Of a stretch of 64,000 nucleotides of DNA, positions 50,417-59,468 are shown in pieces. Under the pieces are notes generated by a model. That model saw nothing but the letters and a program-made list of their open reading frames with translations, searched no databases and was not told where the DNA came from. Location of the stretch: IMG/VR virus record IMGVR_UViG_3300044846_004119, positions 113,136-177,135 of that record, one strand, 5' to 3'. Made by a program: the position numbers and the translations under genes. The stretch comes from a virus. How positions within the stretch are numbered: the stretch's first letter is position 1; the number at the start of each line of letters is the position of its first letter.

Positions 50417-51193
50417 ATGAATTTACAAGAAAACATACAAAGAATAAGAGAAATGATGATTTCTGAGGAGATGGTTCAATCAGACGCTTGGAAATCAATC
50501 AAACAAACTTTAGATATCCTTAAAGATAAGAAAAAAGTATTACTACTGAGTTGCTCCAACAGGTATAATTTTGATGAAAAGAATATAGACATACCAAAGT
50601 CTAAAATGATTGCAATGTACTTGAACGATGAGTTGGGTAATAAGTCAGTATTAATTGATGTCCCTGAACTTAAAATACTTCCTTGTGAAGGTAATGTATC
50701 AAGAAAAGATGGTAACTCTTGCGGGTTATTAAAAGCCGCTCTTAAAGATAAGAAAAAGAACCCATCAGGAGACCACAGATGTTGGGTTAACATTAACGAA
50801 CCTTCAGATGAGTTATGGAAGATATCAAAAGAGTTATTTGAGTCCGATGCGGTGATATTTTTTAGTTCAATAAGATGGGGACAAACAAATATGTATTACC
50901 AAAACTTAATTGAAAGATTAAATTGGTTGGAGAATAGACACACAACATTGGGTGAAGCCAACATTATCAAAGATATTGAAACAGGATTCATTTGTGTGGG
51001 TCAGAATTGGAATGGAGAAACCGTAACCAAAACACAAAAAGAAGTACACGAGTTTTATGGTTTCAAACCAAATAATGATTTGTATTGGAATTGGCAATAT
51101 ACCAAAGATAAGAATGACGAGACACAAAAATCATATAAAGCGTCACATAATAAATTTATAAAGGATACTAAACTTCCTGAAATAAAAGAGTAA
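50417..51193 (+). CDS. MNLQE-leader flavodoxin-like (FMN reductase / iron-sulfur flavoprotein family) protein
   Basis: Start moved to 50417; KVLLLSCSNR, PCEGNVS..SC, SDAVIFFSSIRWG..LIERL. Confidence 0.75.
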   Translation: MNLQENIQRIREMMISEEMVQSDAWKSIKQTLDILKDKKKVLLLSCSNRYNFDEKNIDIPKSKMIAMYLNDELGNKSVLIDVPELKILPCEGNVSRKDGNSCGLLKAALKDKKKNPSGDHRCWVNINEPSDELWKISKELFESDAVIFFSSIRWGQTNMYYQNLIERLNWLENRHTTLGEANIIKDIETGFICVGQNWNGETVTKTQKEVHEFYGFKPNNDLYWNWQYTKDKNDETQKSYKASHNKFIKDTKLPEIKE

Positions 51194-51852
51194 TGAACCT
51201 ACAAGAAAACATACAAAGGATTAAACAAATGATGGGACTTCTTACAGAAGAAGAAAAGTCTTATGAAAGTAAACCAATTGTCTTTGTTGGAACTGCGGGT
51301 AGTGGGAAATCTACTACCGCTAAAGCTTTGTCCGAAAAATTGGGAATACCACGTATTGATGTGGATGAAATGGAAGGTAGTGAAGAATATGAAAAATTGT
51401 GTAAGGATGAACCTGGTGTGGAAGTAAATATAGTAAGAACTTCAGATGGTCATAATTATGGTGAAACAAATGATGAATACAAAAGATGTGTTCTTACTAA
51501 ACTATTGGATAAATATGGTAATGATAAAGTAATTTTTGATATAGGTGGGGACAGTATAAAAAATCCTGACTTATTAGAAGATTTACCAAATCTATTTGTT
51601 TTTGGATTGCCAACAACACCTGAAGACGATAGACCATATATCCAATTTCTAAAACAAAGGAGAATTAAAAGGGCAACAGAAATGGGTCAAACTAATTTAG
51701 AGGATAAAACAAAAGACGAAGACATACAACAATCAATTAATAGTATTAGAGAATTTTATAAAGGTAAAACAACTATCAATCCACGTAATGAAAACGGGGA
51801 AAGTAAAACAACGGATGAATTAGTTGATGAGGTAATATTTAAACTTACATAA
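51193..51852 (+). CDS. MNLQE-leader P-loop kinase (shikimate/NMP-kinase-like)
   Basis: IVFVGTAGSGKSTTAKALSEKLGIPRIDVD, VIFDIGG. Confidence 0.8.
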   Translation: MNLQENIQRIKQMMGLLTEEEKSYESKPIVFVGTAGSGKSTTAKALSEKLGIPRIDVDEMEGSEEYEKLCKDEPGVEVNIVRTSDGHNYGETNDEYKRCVLTKLLDKYGNDKVIFDIGGDSIKNPDLLEDLPNLFVFGLPTTPEDDRPYIQFLKQRRIKRATEMGQTNLEDKTKDEDIQQSINSIREFYKGKTTINPRNENGESKTTDELVDEVIFKLT

Positions 51853-51853
51853 T

Positions 51854-52678
51854 ATGAACCTACAAGAAAACATATCAAGAATTAAATCAATGATGGGACT
51901 TCTTACAGAAGAAGAAATAAAACAAGAAATACCTTATGGTATCATAAAGTTTAGTGATAATAAAATATTGGTTGGTGATATGCACCAAACACCTTTAGAA
52001 CTACCTGATGAATGGGTTGAAAAAATTGTTAATGTTGCAAACGATAAAGGATATTATGGTGAAGGTATTGGACTTAAACATAATGAAGCGGTTACAAAAT
52101 CAAATTTTTATCATTTATTAAACCCAAAAAAGGAAATTGGTTCTTGGGATGAAAAATTAATTGAAAGTGGTGAAGTTCCGAAAGATAAAGAATATGTTTT
52201 TTTATATGCGTTATTCTCTAATCCAAAAGAGAATCGTAGATTAGAAAAGTTATTAAATAATATTGATGATGGTGATACCATATTTAATGTTCTTTTAAAA
52301 ACAATACCTGATTGGTCGGCGGATATGGGTAAATTTAATTTGGGTGAGAGAGAATTAACAAAGTTCCTTGAAGAAATTAGTGAACAAAATCATAATTTTA
52401 TTGAAATGTCCAAACAAGATGCAACTGAAGAGAATTTATCTAATTTTTTAGACGTAGGTGAAAAATTACAATGGCCATCAACAGAAAAAAATCCAAATTT
52501 ATGGCAACAATATCCTCATATGGCGGGTAAGTTTGCAAGAATAGCAACAACCATCAGAGACCAATTTTTAATAAACTCCGGACCTGGCGTTTATTTTGTC
52601 GGTGCGGGACATTTGAAAGATATTGTAGAAATGCCCGAAGGTAACAAATTAAATTTAATTGGAGGAGAAAAAATATGA
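51854..52678 (+). CDS. MNLQE-leader protein, TraB/TIKI/EreA-like fold candidate
   Basis: ILVGDMH..GEG..IRDQFL..YFVGAGHL. Confidence 0.5.
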   Translation: MNLQENISRIKSMMGLLTEEEIKQEIPYGIIKFSDNKILVGDMHQTPLELPDEWVEKIVNVANDKGYYGEGIGLKHNEAVTKSNFYHLLNPKKEIGSWDEKLIESGEVPKDKEYVFLYALFSNPKENRRLEKLLNNIDDGDTIFNVLLKTIPDWSADMGKFNLGERELTKFLEEISEQNHNFIEMSKQDATEENLSNFLDVGEKLQWPSTEKNPNLWQQYPHMAGKFARIATTIRDQFLINSGPGVYFVGAGHLKDIVEMPEGNKLNLIGGEKI

Positions 52679-53034
52679 ACCTACAAGAGAACATAAAAAG
52701 GATTAGAGAAATGATGAATCTGAATGAGTCAGATAAAAATAAGATTTGGTTATTAAGAAGACTGGAAACCCAAGATATAAAAGGTTACCTAGATGAACAA
52801 ATTGATAGTTTAACCAATCAAATTAGTCCTTGTGGTTATAGTACATTTGAAGATTATAAAGATATAATTTTTGAAGTTGCAGGAGCTAATTTTATTAATC
52901 ATTTTAGTGATGAACTTTATGTTAAACATGAAATGTCAGAAATTGAAGAAATTATATGGCACTTATTAACTAAAAAATATGGTAATTACCTTATAAATCA
53001 ATTTGACGGTAGAATCTGTGATGATGAGTATTAA
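52675..53034 (+). CDS. MNLQE-leader RRR-family protein
   Basis: MNLQENIKRIREMMNLNE then WLLRRLE. Confidence 0.8.
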   Translation: MNLQENIKRIREMMNLNESDKNKIWLLRRLETQDIKGYLDEQIDSLTNQISPCGYSTFEDYKDIIFEVAGANFINHFSDELYVKHEMSEIEEIIWHLLTKKYGNYLINQFDGRICDDEY

Positions 53035-53035
53035 T

Positions 53036-55030
53036 ATGAACCTACAAGAGAACATAAAAAGAATATTAAGGGAAGAAAGAAAACTTTCTAATTTTCTTAG
53101 AAGAAGATTGGAAATGTTGGATTATGAGGTTGAACGATTTAATAAATGGGGAGGTCATAATATATGTATATTTTTTAAAAGTGATATAGAATATTTTGAA
53201 ACAATTATGGAGAATGCAATTGATGCTATGTATTATAATTATTTTTCTCATATGGATGATAATTCAGGAGAATGGGCTCATGAATATCTTGATATGGTTA
53301 ATTATATTAGAGAAAACTACCAAAACAAAATAATGAAACATTACGATGATAATTGTGGTTCAGGTTTAAGTTCTATAAAAGAATCAACATTCTTTCGTAG
53401 AAGGGTTGATATGAGTTTAATAAATAAAGAATTCTTTGAAAATTTAAATATTATTACCGATGTTTATTTAAAAAAATATAATGAGGGGATAAATTTTAAT
53501 TTTGAAACCTTTGAACATCATCTCATACATTATCTTATGGATGGGTATCATGGTGAATTATCTAATGACGATTATGATAATTTCCCATATGATGAGGTTT
53601 ATAATTTTCTTTTAAATTATTTTCATGATAAGATTAAAGATAGATATGACACTTTTTTTGGTAATAAAATTAACGAATCAGTTGACAAATCTGAAGACAA
53701 AAAACTTAAGTTGGTTAAGGATATTATATATAACATGTTTGATGATATTATTGATTTAGAATATCACACTGAAAGAAATGAGATTATGGTTTACTATGAT
53801 AAACAAGAAGAATTAGAGAGTTCAGAAATATGTGATATTATAAATGATTTTACCGGTTTAAATGTTGTTCCTTGGTATGTTTATGATAAACGAGTAGAAT
53901 TAAAAAAGGAACCTGATTTTTATATAGATACTGAAAGATATGAGGAAGAGATTTATGAAAATTATAGTCCTGCTGGTAAAGAAATAACTCCAAACAAAAT
54001 TGTTATACATAAATCTAATCCTAAGTTCAGAGACAAGATTATAGAACAAGGATTAAAAGTTCGTGCTGGTGAATGTTATAAAATATATGCAGGATATGGA
54101 ACAAAATGTAAACCTGCAATATTTGCAACCAACTCAACAAATAAGAGATCGTGGTTTGATTCTACTTATGATGATGATGTTTGGGAAATTGATACAACAA
54201 TGATGCCCGAAATCAAATGGTATAAGGATAGACACTACGAATCAAGTAAAAAACATATAGTAACCTTTCAAGACATACCTAAAGAGGCAATCAAACTTAT
54301 TTATGAAGGTTCAGGTAAAGATGGGGGAATAATGGAATCAGTTGACAAATCTGAAGACAAAAAACTTAAGTTGGTTACAAAAATGATTCATAAGTTTTTT
54401 GATGATGTTAGTTTTATTGATATTAAAAAATATGAAAATAAACCAATGATAACAGTTTATTTTGATAACTATGAATATGCTGGTAATGAAGAGACTTATT
54501 TTGCCGAACAAATACAAAGTAAAATATATGAATATACAGGTATTAAACTTATTCCGTATTGGCACACTATTCAGTATAACACTGACGCAGATTTTCGTTT
54601 GGATGCCATTAAACTAAAATACGATAACGAAGGAAATGTTATAAACGAATCAGAAGATAAACTTAATATATTACTTAACCGTCACTTTGATGAGGTATTT
54701 GATAATCTAACATTGGTAATAGATAATGGTGGTTATTGTAGGTGGTTTTTTAATGATGAAGATATACCTGAAGATGACCATGATGATGATAGTGTTTTCA
54801 GTAAAAATCTTGCGGGTACTCTTTGGGTTCAGAACTGTGATGAGTTTAGAAAATTAGTTGATGTTAGGACTTATTTATCACTAAGCGCCCATGAGATTAA
54901 GATAAAATTAATGAGATACATAAACAATAGATACGAAGAACAATTCTTAGAAGGTTTTTTCGGAAAAGATGGATTTGTTAAAATTGTAGATAGTCATCAT
55001 TGTGTAGACTTATATGGTTTATTACCTTAA
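53036..55030 (+). CDS. MNLQE-leader six-module putative polyprotein incl. ART-like domain
   Basis: Start moved to 53036; junctions IKES, INES, IYEN, IMES, INES. Confidence 0.8.
   Translation: MNLQENIKRILREERKLSNFLRRRLEMLDYEVERFNKWGGHNICIFFKSDIEYFETIMENAIDAMYYNYFSHMDDNSGEWAHEYLDMVNYIRENYQNKIMKHYDDNCGSGLSSIKESTFFRRRVDMSLINKEFFENLNIITDVYLKKYNEGINFNFETFEHHLIHYLMDGYHGELSNDDYDNFPYDEVYNFLLNYFHDKIKDRYDTFFGNKINESVDKSEDKKLKLVKDIIYNMFDDIIDLEYHTERNEIMVYYDKQEELESSEICDIINDFTGLNVVPWYVYDKRVELKKEPDFYIDTERYEEEIYENYSPAGKEITPNKIVIHKSNPKFRDKIIEQGLKVRAGECYKIYAGYGTKCKPAIFATNSTNKRSWFDSTYDDDVWEIDTTMMPEIKWYKDRHYESSKKHIVTFQDIPKEAIKLIYEGSGKDGGIMESVDKSEDKKLKLVTKMIHKFFDDVSFIDIKKYENKPMITVYFDNYEYAGNEETYFAEQIQSKIYEYTGIKLIPYWHTIQYNTDADFRLDAIKLKYDNEGNVINESEDKLNILLNRHFDEVFDNLTLVIDNGGYCRWFFNDEDIPEDDHDDDSVFSKNLAGTLWVQNCDEFRKLVDVRTYLSLSAHEIKIKLMRYINNRYEEQFLEGFFGKDGFVKIVDSHHCVDLYGLLP
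53675..54377 (+). repeat. 43-bp exact direct repeat at module junctions
   Basis: gaatcagttgacaaatctgaagacaaaaaacttaagttggtta at 53675-53717 and 54335-54377. Confidence 0.95.
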
Positions 55031-55037
55031 TCATAAT

Positions 55038-55205
55038 ATGACAACAATCGAAATTCAAATTAAAGAGAAAAATGAAATCTTAAAAGGTCTTGAAAAAACG
55101 TATGAAACACTTTTAGCATTTAAGAAATCAAAAAATAGTGAGTTAGTAGTTTTACGTAATAATAAGATTGTAAAACTAAAACCATATAAGTCCACAACCT
55201 TATAA
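55038..55205 (+). CDS. Hypothetical small basic protein
   Basis: ATG at 55038. Confidence 0.65.
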   Translation: MTTIEIQIKEKNEILKGLEKTYETLLAFKKSKNSELVVLRNNKIVKLKPYKSTTL

Positions 55206-55358
55206 TGTAAAATACTGTTTACAAAATAACGTGTATTTGTAAATTATATTTTACGTTATATCAACGTAGACACAAACAAAAGAATCCCAAAATACTAATG
55301 ATTGGGGATTAGGTAACACAGAAATTGAGTATAAAATTTATTAATTATAAATAAGATA

Positions 55359-56207
55359 ATGGAAAAAATAGGAGTTATAGGACAGGGGTTTGTAGGAAAT
55401 TCAGTTAAAGAAGGAATGAAGAATTATTTTGATGTAAGAACATACGATACCAATGGTAATTGCAATGAACCTTCTTTAAAAAGTTTAATTGAAAATGTAA
55501 ATGAGTTATTTCTTTGTGTACCTACTCCAATGAGAAAATCGGGTGAATGTGATTTATCAATTGTAAAAGAATGTTTACAAGATATTTTAAGTATAGTTGA
55601 GTATTACCAAAAAGAAAATTTTATAGTAATACTCAAGTCAACTATTCCACCGGGAACTACAGAAAAATTAAACCAAGAATTTAAAAATATCCACATCGCT
55701 TTTAATCCGGAATTTTTAACTGAGGCAAATGCTGTTGAGGATTATAAAAACCAAAATAGAATAATTATAGGAGCCGATAGACCATACTCTTCAAGGATAA
55801 AACAGATATTTTCAAAAGCATTTCCAAAAGTGCCTATTATTAAAACATCCTCAACCATAGCTGAAACAATTAAATATGTTACAAATACATTTTTATCAAT
55901 GAAAGTTTCATATGCAAATGAGATATATCAATTATGTAATACTTTAGAAATTGATTATGATAAGGTAATTGAATATGCTAGATACGATGATAGGTTAGGC
56001 AATTCACATTGGTCGGTTCCAGGACCCGATGGTGATTTAGGATTTGGTGGTCATTGTTTTCCTAAAGATATCGCGGCTTTGCAATATTTAATGAAAACAC
56101 TAAATGTTGATTCAACAATGTTAGATTCGACTATTACAAAAAATGAAATGGTACGAACAGATAAAGATTGGGAAAAACAAATCGGACGGGCTGTCTCAAA
56201 AAACTAA
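55359..56207 (+). CDS. ugd: UDP-glucose/GDP-mannose dehydrogenase family, lacking the C-terminal domain
   Basis: GVIGQGFVG, CVPTP, KSTIPPGT, NPEFLTE, GFGGHCFPKD; only 282 aa. Confidence 0.88.
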   Translation: MEKIGVIGQGFVGNSVKEGMKNYFDVRTYDTNGNCNEPSLKSLIENVNELFLCVPTPMRKSGECDLSIVKECLQDILSIVEYYQKENFIVILKSTIPPGTTEKLNQEFKNIHIAFNPEFLTEANAVEDYKNQNRIIIGADRPYSSRIKQIFSKAFPKVPIIKTSSTIAETIKYVTNTFLSMKVSYANEIYQLCNTLEIDYDKVIEYARYDDRLGNSHWSVPGPDGDLGFGGHCFPKDIAALQYLMKTLNVDSTMLDSTITKNEMVRTDKDWEKQIGRAVSKN

Positions 56208-56229
56208 GATTGATAAAACACCACACATA

Positions 56230-56436
56230 ATGAACCCATATATCTATTACAACAAGTTAGACTCCAATAAAGAAATACAAGGTAAATTTCAGGCCATTGA
56301 TTTAGAAGAGGCAACTAAAATTGCTGCCAATAAAAAACAAATGACAGTAGAAGATTTTCTAACAGTATTTAAAGTAGAAGAATGGAAAAAACAGTTTACG
56401 TTAAAAAAAAGGGGGCAATTATTAACTTCTAAATAA
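56230..56436 (+). CDS. Hypothetical small protein
   Basis: MNPYIYYNK..; start moved to 56230. Confidence 0.6.
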   Translation: MNPYIYYNKLDSNKEIQGKFQAIDLEEATKIAANKKQMTVEDFLTVFKVEEWKKQFTLKKRGQLLTSK

Positions 56437-56439
56437 TCC

Positions 56440-57400
56440 CCTTGTTGTAAAATATATCAGGTCCTTATCGTTAGTATTAAATACATTATTAATGATGGAC
56501 AACAAAGGTTCCCTCCAAATAATAATATCATTAAATAAACCATTAAGTCTTTCGGGTTAAGGGTAATGAAACACTCTAACTATTCATTTCATCCTACCGT
56601 TCGTAAACTCACTACGGATTCCATTCATAATTAGATTCTTTCATTACGTATATTTTTTGTAGTATCGTATCATTTAAGTATATTTCCGTATCATTACGTA
56701 TCACTTTAGTATATTTCCCCCCATATACATAGAGACCCCCGATTACTAAGGGACATTTATCTGAGAGACATATAGTATACTCTTTATAGTGTTCATCTCT
56801 AAGGAAGGTTCATAATGAACGGGTAAATTAAATGAACATTCATAGAGTATAAGATTATTCTATGGTAACTTATTATTCATATCAGTCTTGTGAGGTTAAA
56901 CCTCACCACTGTGATACAAAAGATAAGTTCCACTTATTCCCACTATAGTATGTCATTATGGTATGTCAACTTAAAGGGTCACTTGATAGGTGATTTAAAG
57001 GGTCACTTGGGGGGTGTTATATGTCCCCTGACGGGTCGTTGAAGTGATAATTCTAACACACTACGTGTTCCACCGCTCTATGAACCATTACGTACATTAT
57101 TTGCTGGAATACATACATACTTAAAAAACTGGTCCTGTAGGGGTCTACAGAGGGGAAAAAGTGGTCATCAGTATGTCGTAGTGACCATAAACGGTGGTAA
57201 TTAGTGGGTAGAAATACATAGAACAAAGTGGGATAAAGTGGGTGAGGGGATTATCCCCATTGACAAGCGTGACTGACATTCTGTCATTTCCTAATAAATC
57301 AAGTCTTATTTTAACTAAAGTTATCAACAATTTCCCCCCTGACATAGTGTCATGACCAATGTTAATAAATAAAGTTATCGACAATTAACTGTACCATTGT
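56440..57400. other. Repeat- and palindrome-rich non-coding region (origin or terminus candidate)
   Basis: No credible ORF; ttaaagggtcacttg x2, GTGAGGTT-a-AACCTCAC, TGACA-n3-TGTCA x2, taaagttatc(a/g)acaatt x2. Confidence 0.5.
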
Positions 57401-57434
57401 GTACTATGTATTATATTTATTAAAAAACACAGTT

Positions 57435-57743
57435 ATGAAAATGTATTTAGATGACTTTTCAACAAGGATATCCCTAACAGAACATGGATATGATGTAATA
57501 TATAGTGAAGGAGAATTTACAGGAACGGTAAGTTACGTAAGATATGTAAGTGAGATAGGTAGGGTGATGAAGGGGAAACCTGTATACCTTATGACAAATT
57601 CAGACATGGGGGACATTATAGAATGTGTTCACCATAAGACCCCACTATCAAGTGAAGACTTCAACAAAATGAACATGGAGATTAGAACTCACTCAAAAAA
57701 CATAATCACTGAGTTTATTTCTCAAAAGGGTCTTCCCCAATAA
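57435..57743 (+). CDS. Hypothetical protein
   Basis: TATTTAT at 57414; ATG 57435. Confidence 0.7.
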   Translation: MKMYLDDFSTRISLTEHGYDVIYSEGEFTGTVSYVRYVSEIGRVMKGKPVYLMTNSDMGDIIECVHHKTPLSSEDFNKMNMEIRTHSKNIITEFISQKGLPQ

Positions 57744-57871
57744 TATGTCGTCGCCAAAACTTAAGGAACTTACTATCATCATTTAACTTGGGGATAATAA
57801 AAAGTTCTGTAATGTATATGAATACAATAAACGACAATCCAAATACTAAGGTAATTAAATAATAATTCATT

Positions 57872-58303
57872 CTAATAAGTATTTTCTATTTCAGTTAATA
57901 ATATAGGGTTATGAATTAATTCATTCTCTCTAGCCTCAATCTCAAAGGGGTGATTGTCATAACCATACTTATCCAACATCTTTGCATATTTGGTACGACA
58001 AGGTTGTAAAGAGTGGGTGTACTCATGAATATATGTTTTAGTGAAATCCCCCAAGGTCTTAAGGTTATCTTTATATAAACTAATCTGATTATCATAAGGA
58101 CAGTAAAGACCATATAACATTTCCTCAAAGGGGTTGTCTTCAATAACAACACTTAACTTATACTTCTTAGTATTGTTCACCCCAAGATTATTTACACAGT
58201 ATTTCTTACACTTCTTAACAATAGACTTTAACTCCTTGTCACTGAATAGATACAAGGGGATGGAAGAATATAAACCAAAGAATGTATATAAAGACTTTAT
58301 CAT
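57872..58303 (-). CDS. Zincin-like metallopeptidase domain protein
   Basis: HEYTH..HPFEIEAR; TATCTTTG on minus strand at 58310-58317. Confidence 0.7.
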   Translation of the reverse strand: MIKSLYTFFGLYSSIPLYLFSDKELKSIVKKCKKYCVNNLGVNNTKKYKLSVVIEDNPFEEMLYGLYCPYDNQISLYKDNLKTLGDFTKTYIHEYTHSLQPCRTKYAKMLDKYGYDNHPFEIEARENELIHNPILLTEIENTY

Positions 58304-58371
58304 ATAATACAAAGATACATATTATTCCCCACTCCACCAAATAATATTGGGGTAAAATAAATACTTATTCC

Positions 58372-58500
58372 TTTGGCCATGTCAATCCTTTTCCGTACCT
58401 TTGTATAGTCGGTGGTTAAGTCCGAGACGGGTTCGAGGGGTACAGTCTTCGCAGAGGCTAGACTCCAGCCTGCCTTTCCCCCACACTTATTAACATGACA
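58372..58500 (+). ncRNA. Candidate structured small RNA behind a consensus Bacteroidota promoter
   Basis: TTTG-20nt-TACCTTTG (58372-58403) followed by GC-rich hairpins and no ORF. Confidence 0.4.
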
Positions 58501-58646
58501 TACTGACTGTGTATAACTTTATTTGTATATGTCATTGTTTTTACATCACCCCATTAGAGACCCTCTAAGACAAGGGGGACCGTAGGGGTCAAAACAAAAG
58601 GACTCCCCCCTAATAATACCCCTAGACCCCCTCCATACGGGGGGTA

Positions 58647-58671
58647 CCCCTCCCCTCCCCCGTATCCCCCC
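58647..58671 (-). other. Canonical G-quadruplex motif
   Basis: Minus strand G6-ATAC-G5-A-G4-A-G4. Confidence 0.7.
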
Positions 58672-58809
58672 TCCGTATATGACATTCTGACAGGTCAAAA
58701 AGGGGGGATAATCCCTTAAATGAAATATTCGTATAAAAAAATGTTTATATAAATTTTTATGTAAAACTGAAAAAAAAATTTTCAGAAAAATTTGGTATTT
58801 ATAGTGTAT

Positions 58810-59466
58810 ATGAAAAACACTGAAAATTATTACTCAACAATTACTAAAGTAGTTGATAAGTTAAAACCTAAAAAAATATTATTTTTATCTAAAGCCGCTT
58901 GTGAAGAATGGTTATCTCCTAGTATGTTAAAATATTCGGATGATATTCATATTGATTATGTTCTAATTCAAGAAGATGAAATTTTAAATCTTGAGTGTGG
59001 ACTTATGGAAAAAAATAAATACAAATTTCCATATCATTATGTTTCGTTTGATGAGTTTAAAAATTTTCCATTCTTGGGGTCTTATGATTTTATTATTATG
59101 GACACGGTTCATTATAAAGAATATATGGATTATATTTTCAAAAATATTATATCATTGTGTAATGGTTATGTTTTATTACATGATACATTACCTCAGAATG
59201 AGAAGGAAGACATGACAATACCACGTAGACGTAATACAGGTGCTTGGGCAGGTCAAACATTTACATCCTATTATAATTTTTGGTTGGGTAATAAAGATAA
59301 GTCCTATAATTTTAATGATGGTTATGTTGGTTATGGATTAATTGATTGTACCAATAATAACATAAATGTTAATTACGATGATTCAAAAATATGGGGATTA
59401 GATATTGTTAGAAAAGATTCAATTCCTCATGATAATTTTGATACTATATTTAAAAAAACTTTATAA
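58810..59466 (+). CDS. Class I SAM-dependent methyltransferase-like protein
   Basis: YDFIIMDTVHY..LLHD; TATTTATA at 58796. Confidence 0.55.
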   Translation: MKNTENYYSTITKVVDKLKPKKILFLSKAACEEWLSPSMLKYSDDIHIDYVLIQEDEILNLECGLMEKNKYKFPYHYVSFDEFKNFPFLGSYDFIIMDTVHYKEYMDYIFKNIISLCNGYVLLHDTLPQNEKEDMTIPRRRNTGAWAGQTFTSYYNFWLGNKDKSYNFNDGYVGYGLIDCTNNNINVNYDDSKIWGLDIVRKDSIPHDNFDTIFKKTL

Positions 59467-59468
59467 CT

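Noticed and set aside
57145-57384. 79-aa minus-strand ORF
   Set aside because: It runs through the palindrome and repeat block, has no promoter motif and has atypical composition.
58327-58440. tRNA or tmRNA candidate (ctccacca at about 58333; gggttcga at about 58429)
   Set aside because: No acceptor, D or anticodon arms pair up, and the TCCACCA lies upstream of rather than after the T-loop word. Kept only as a generic sRNA candidate.
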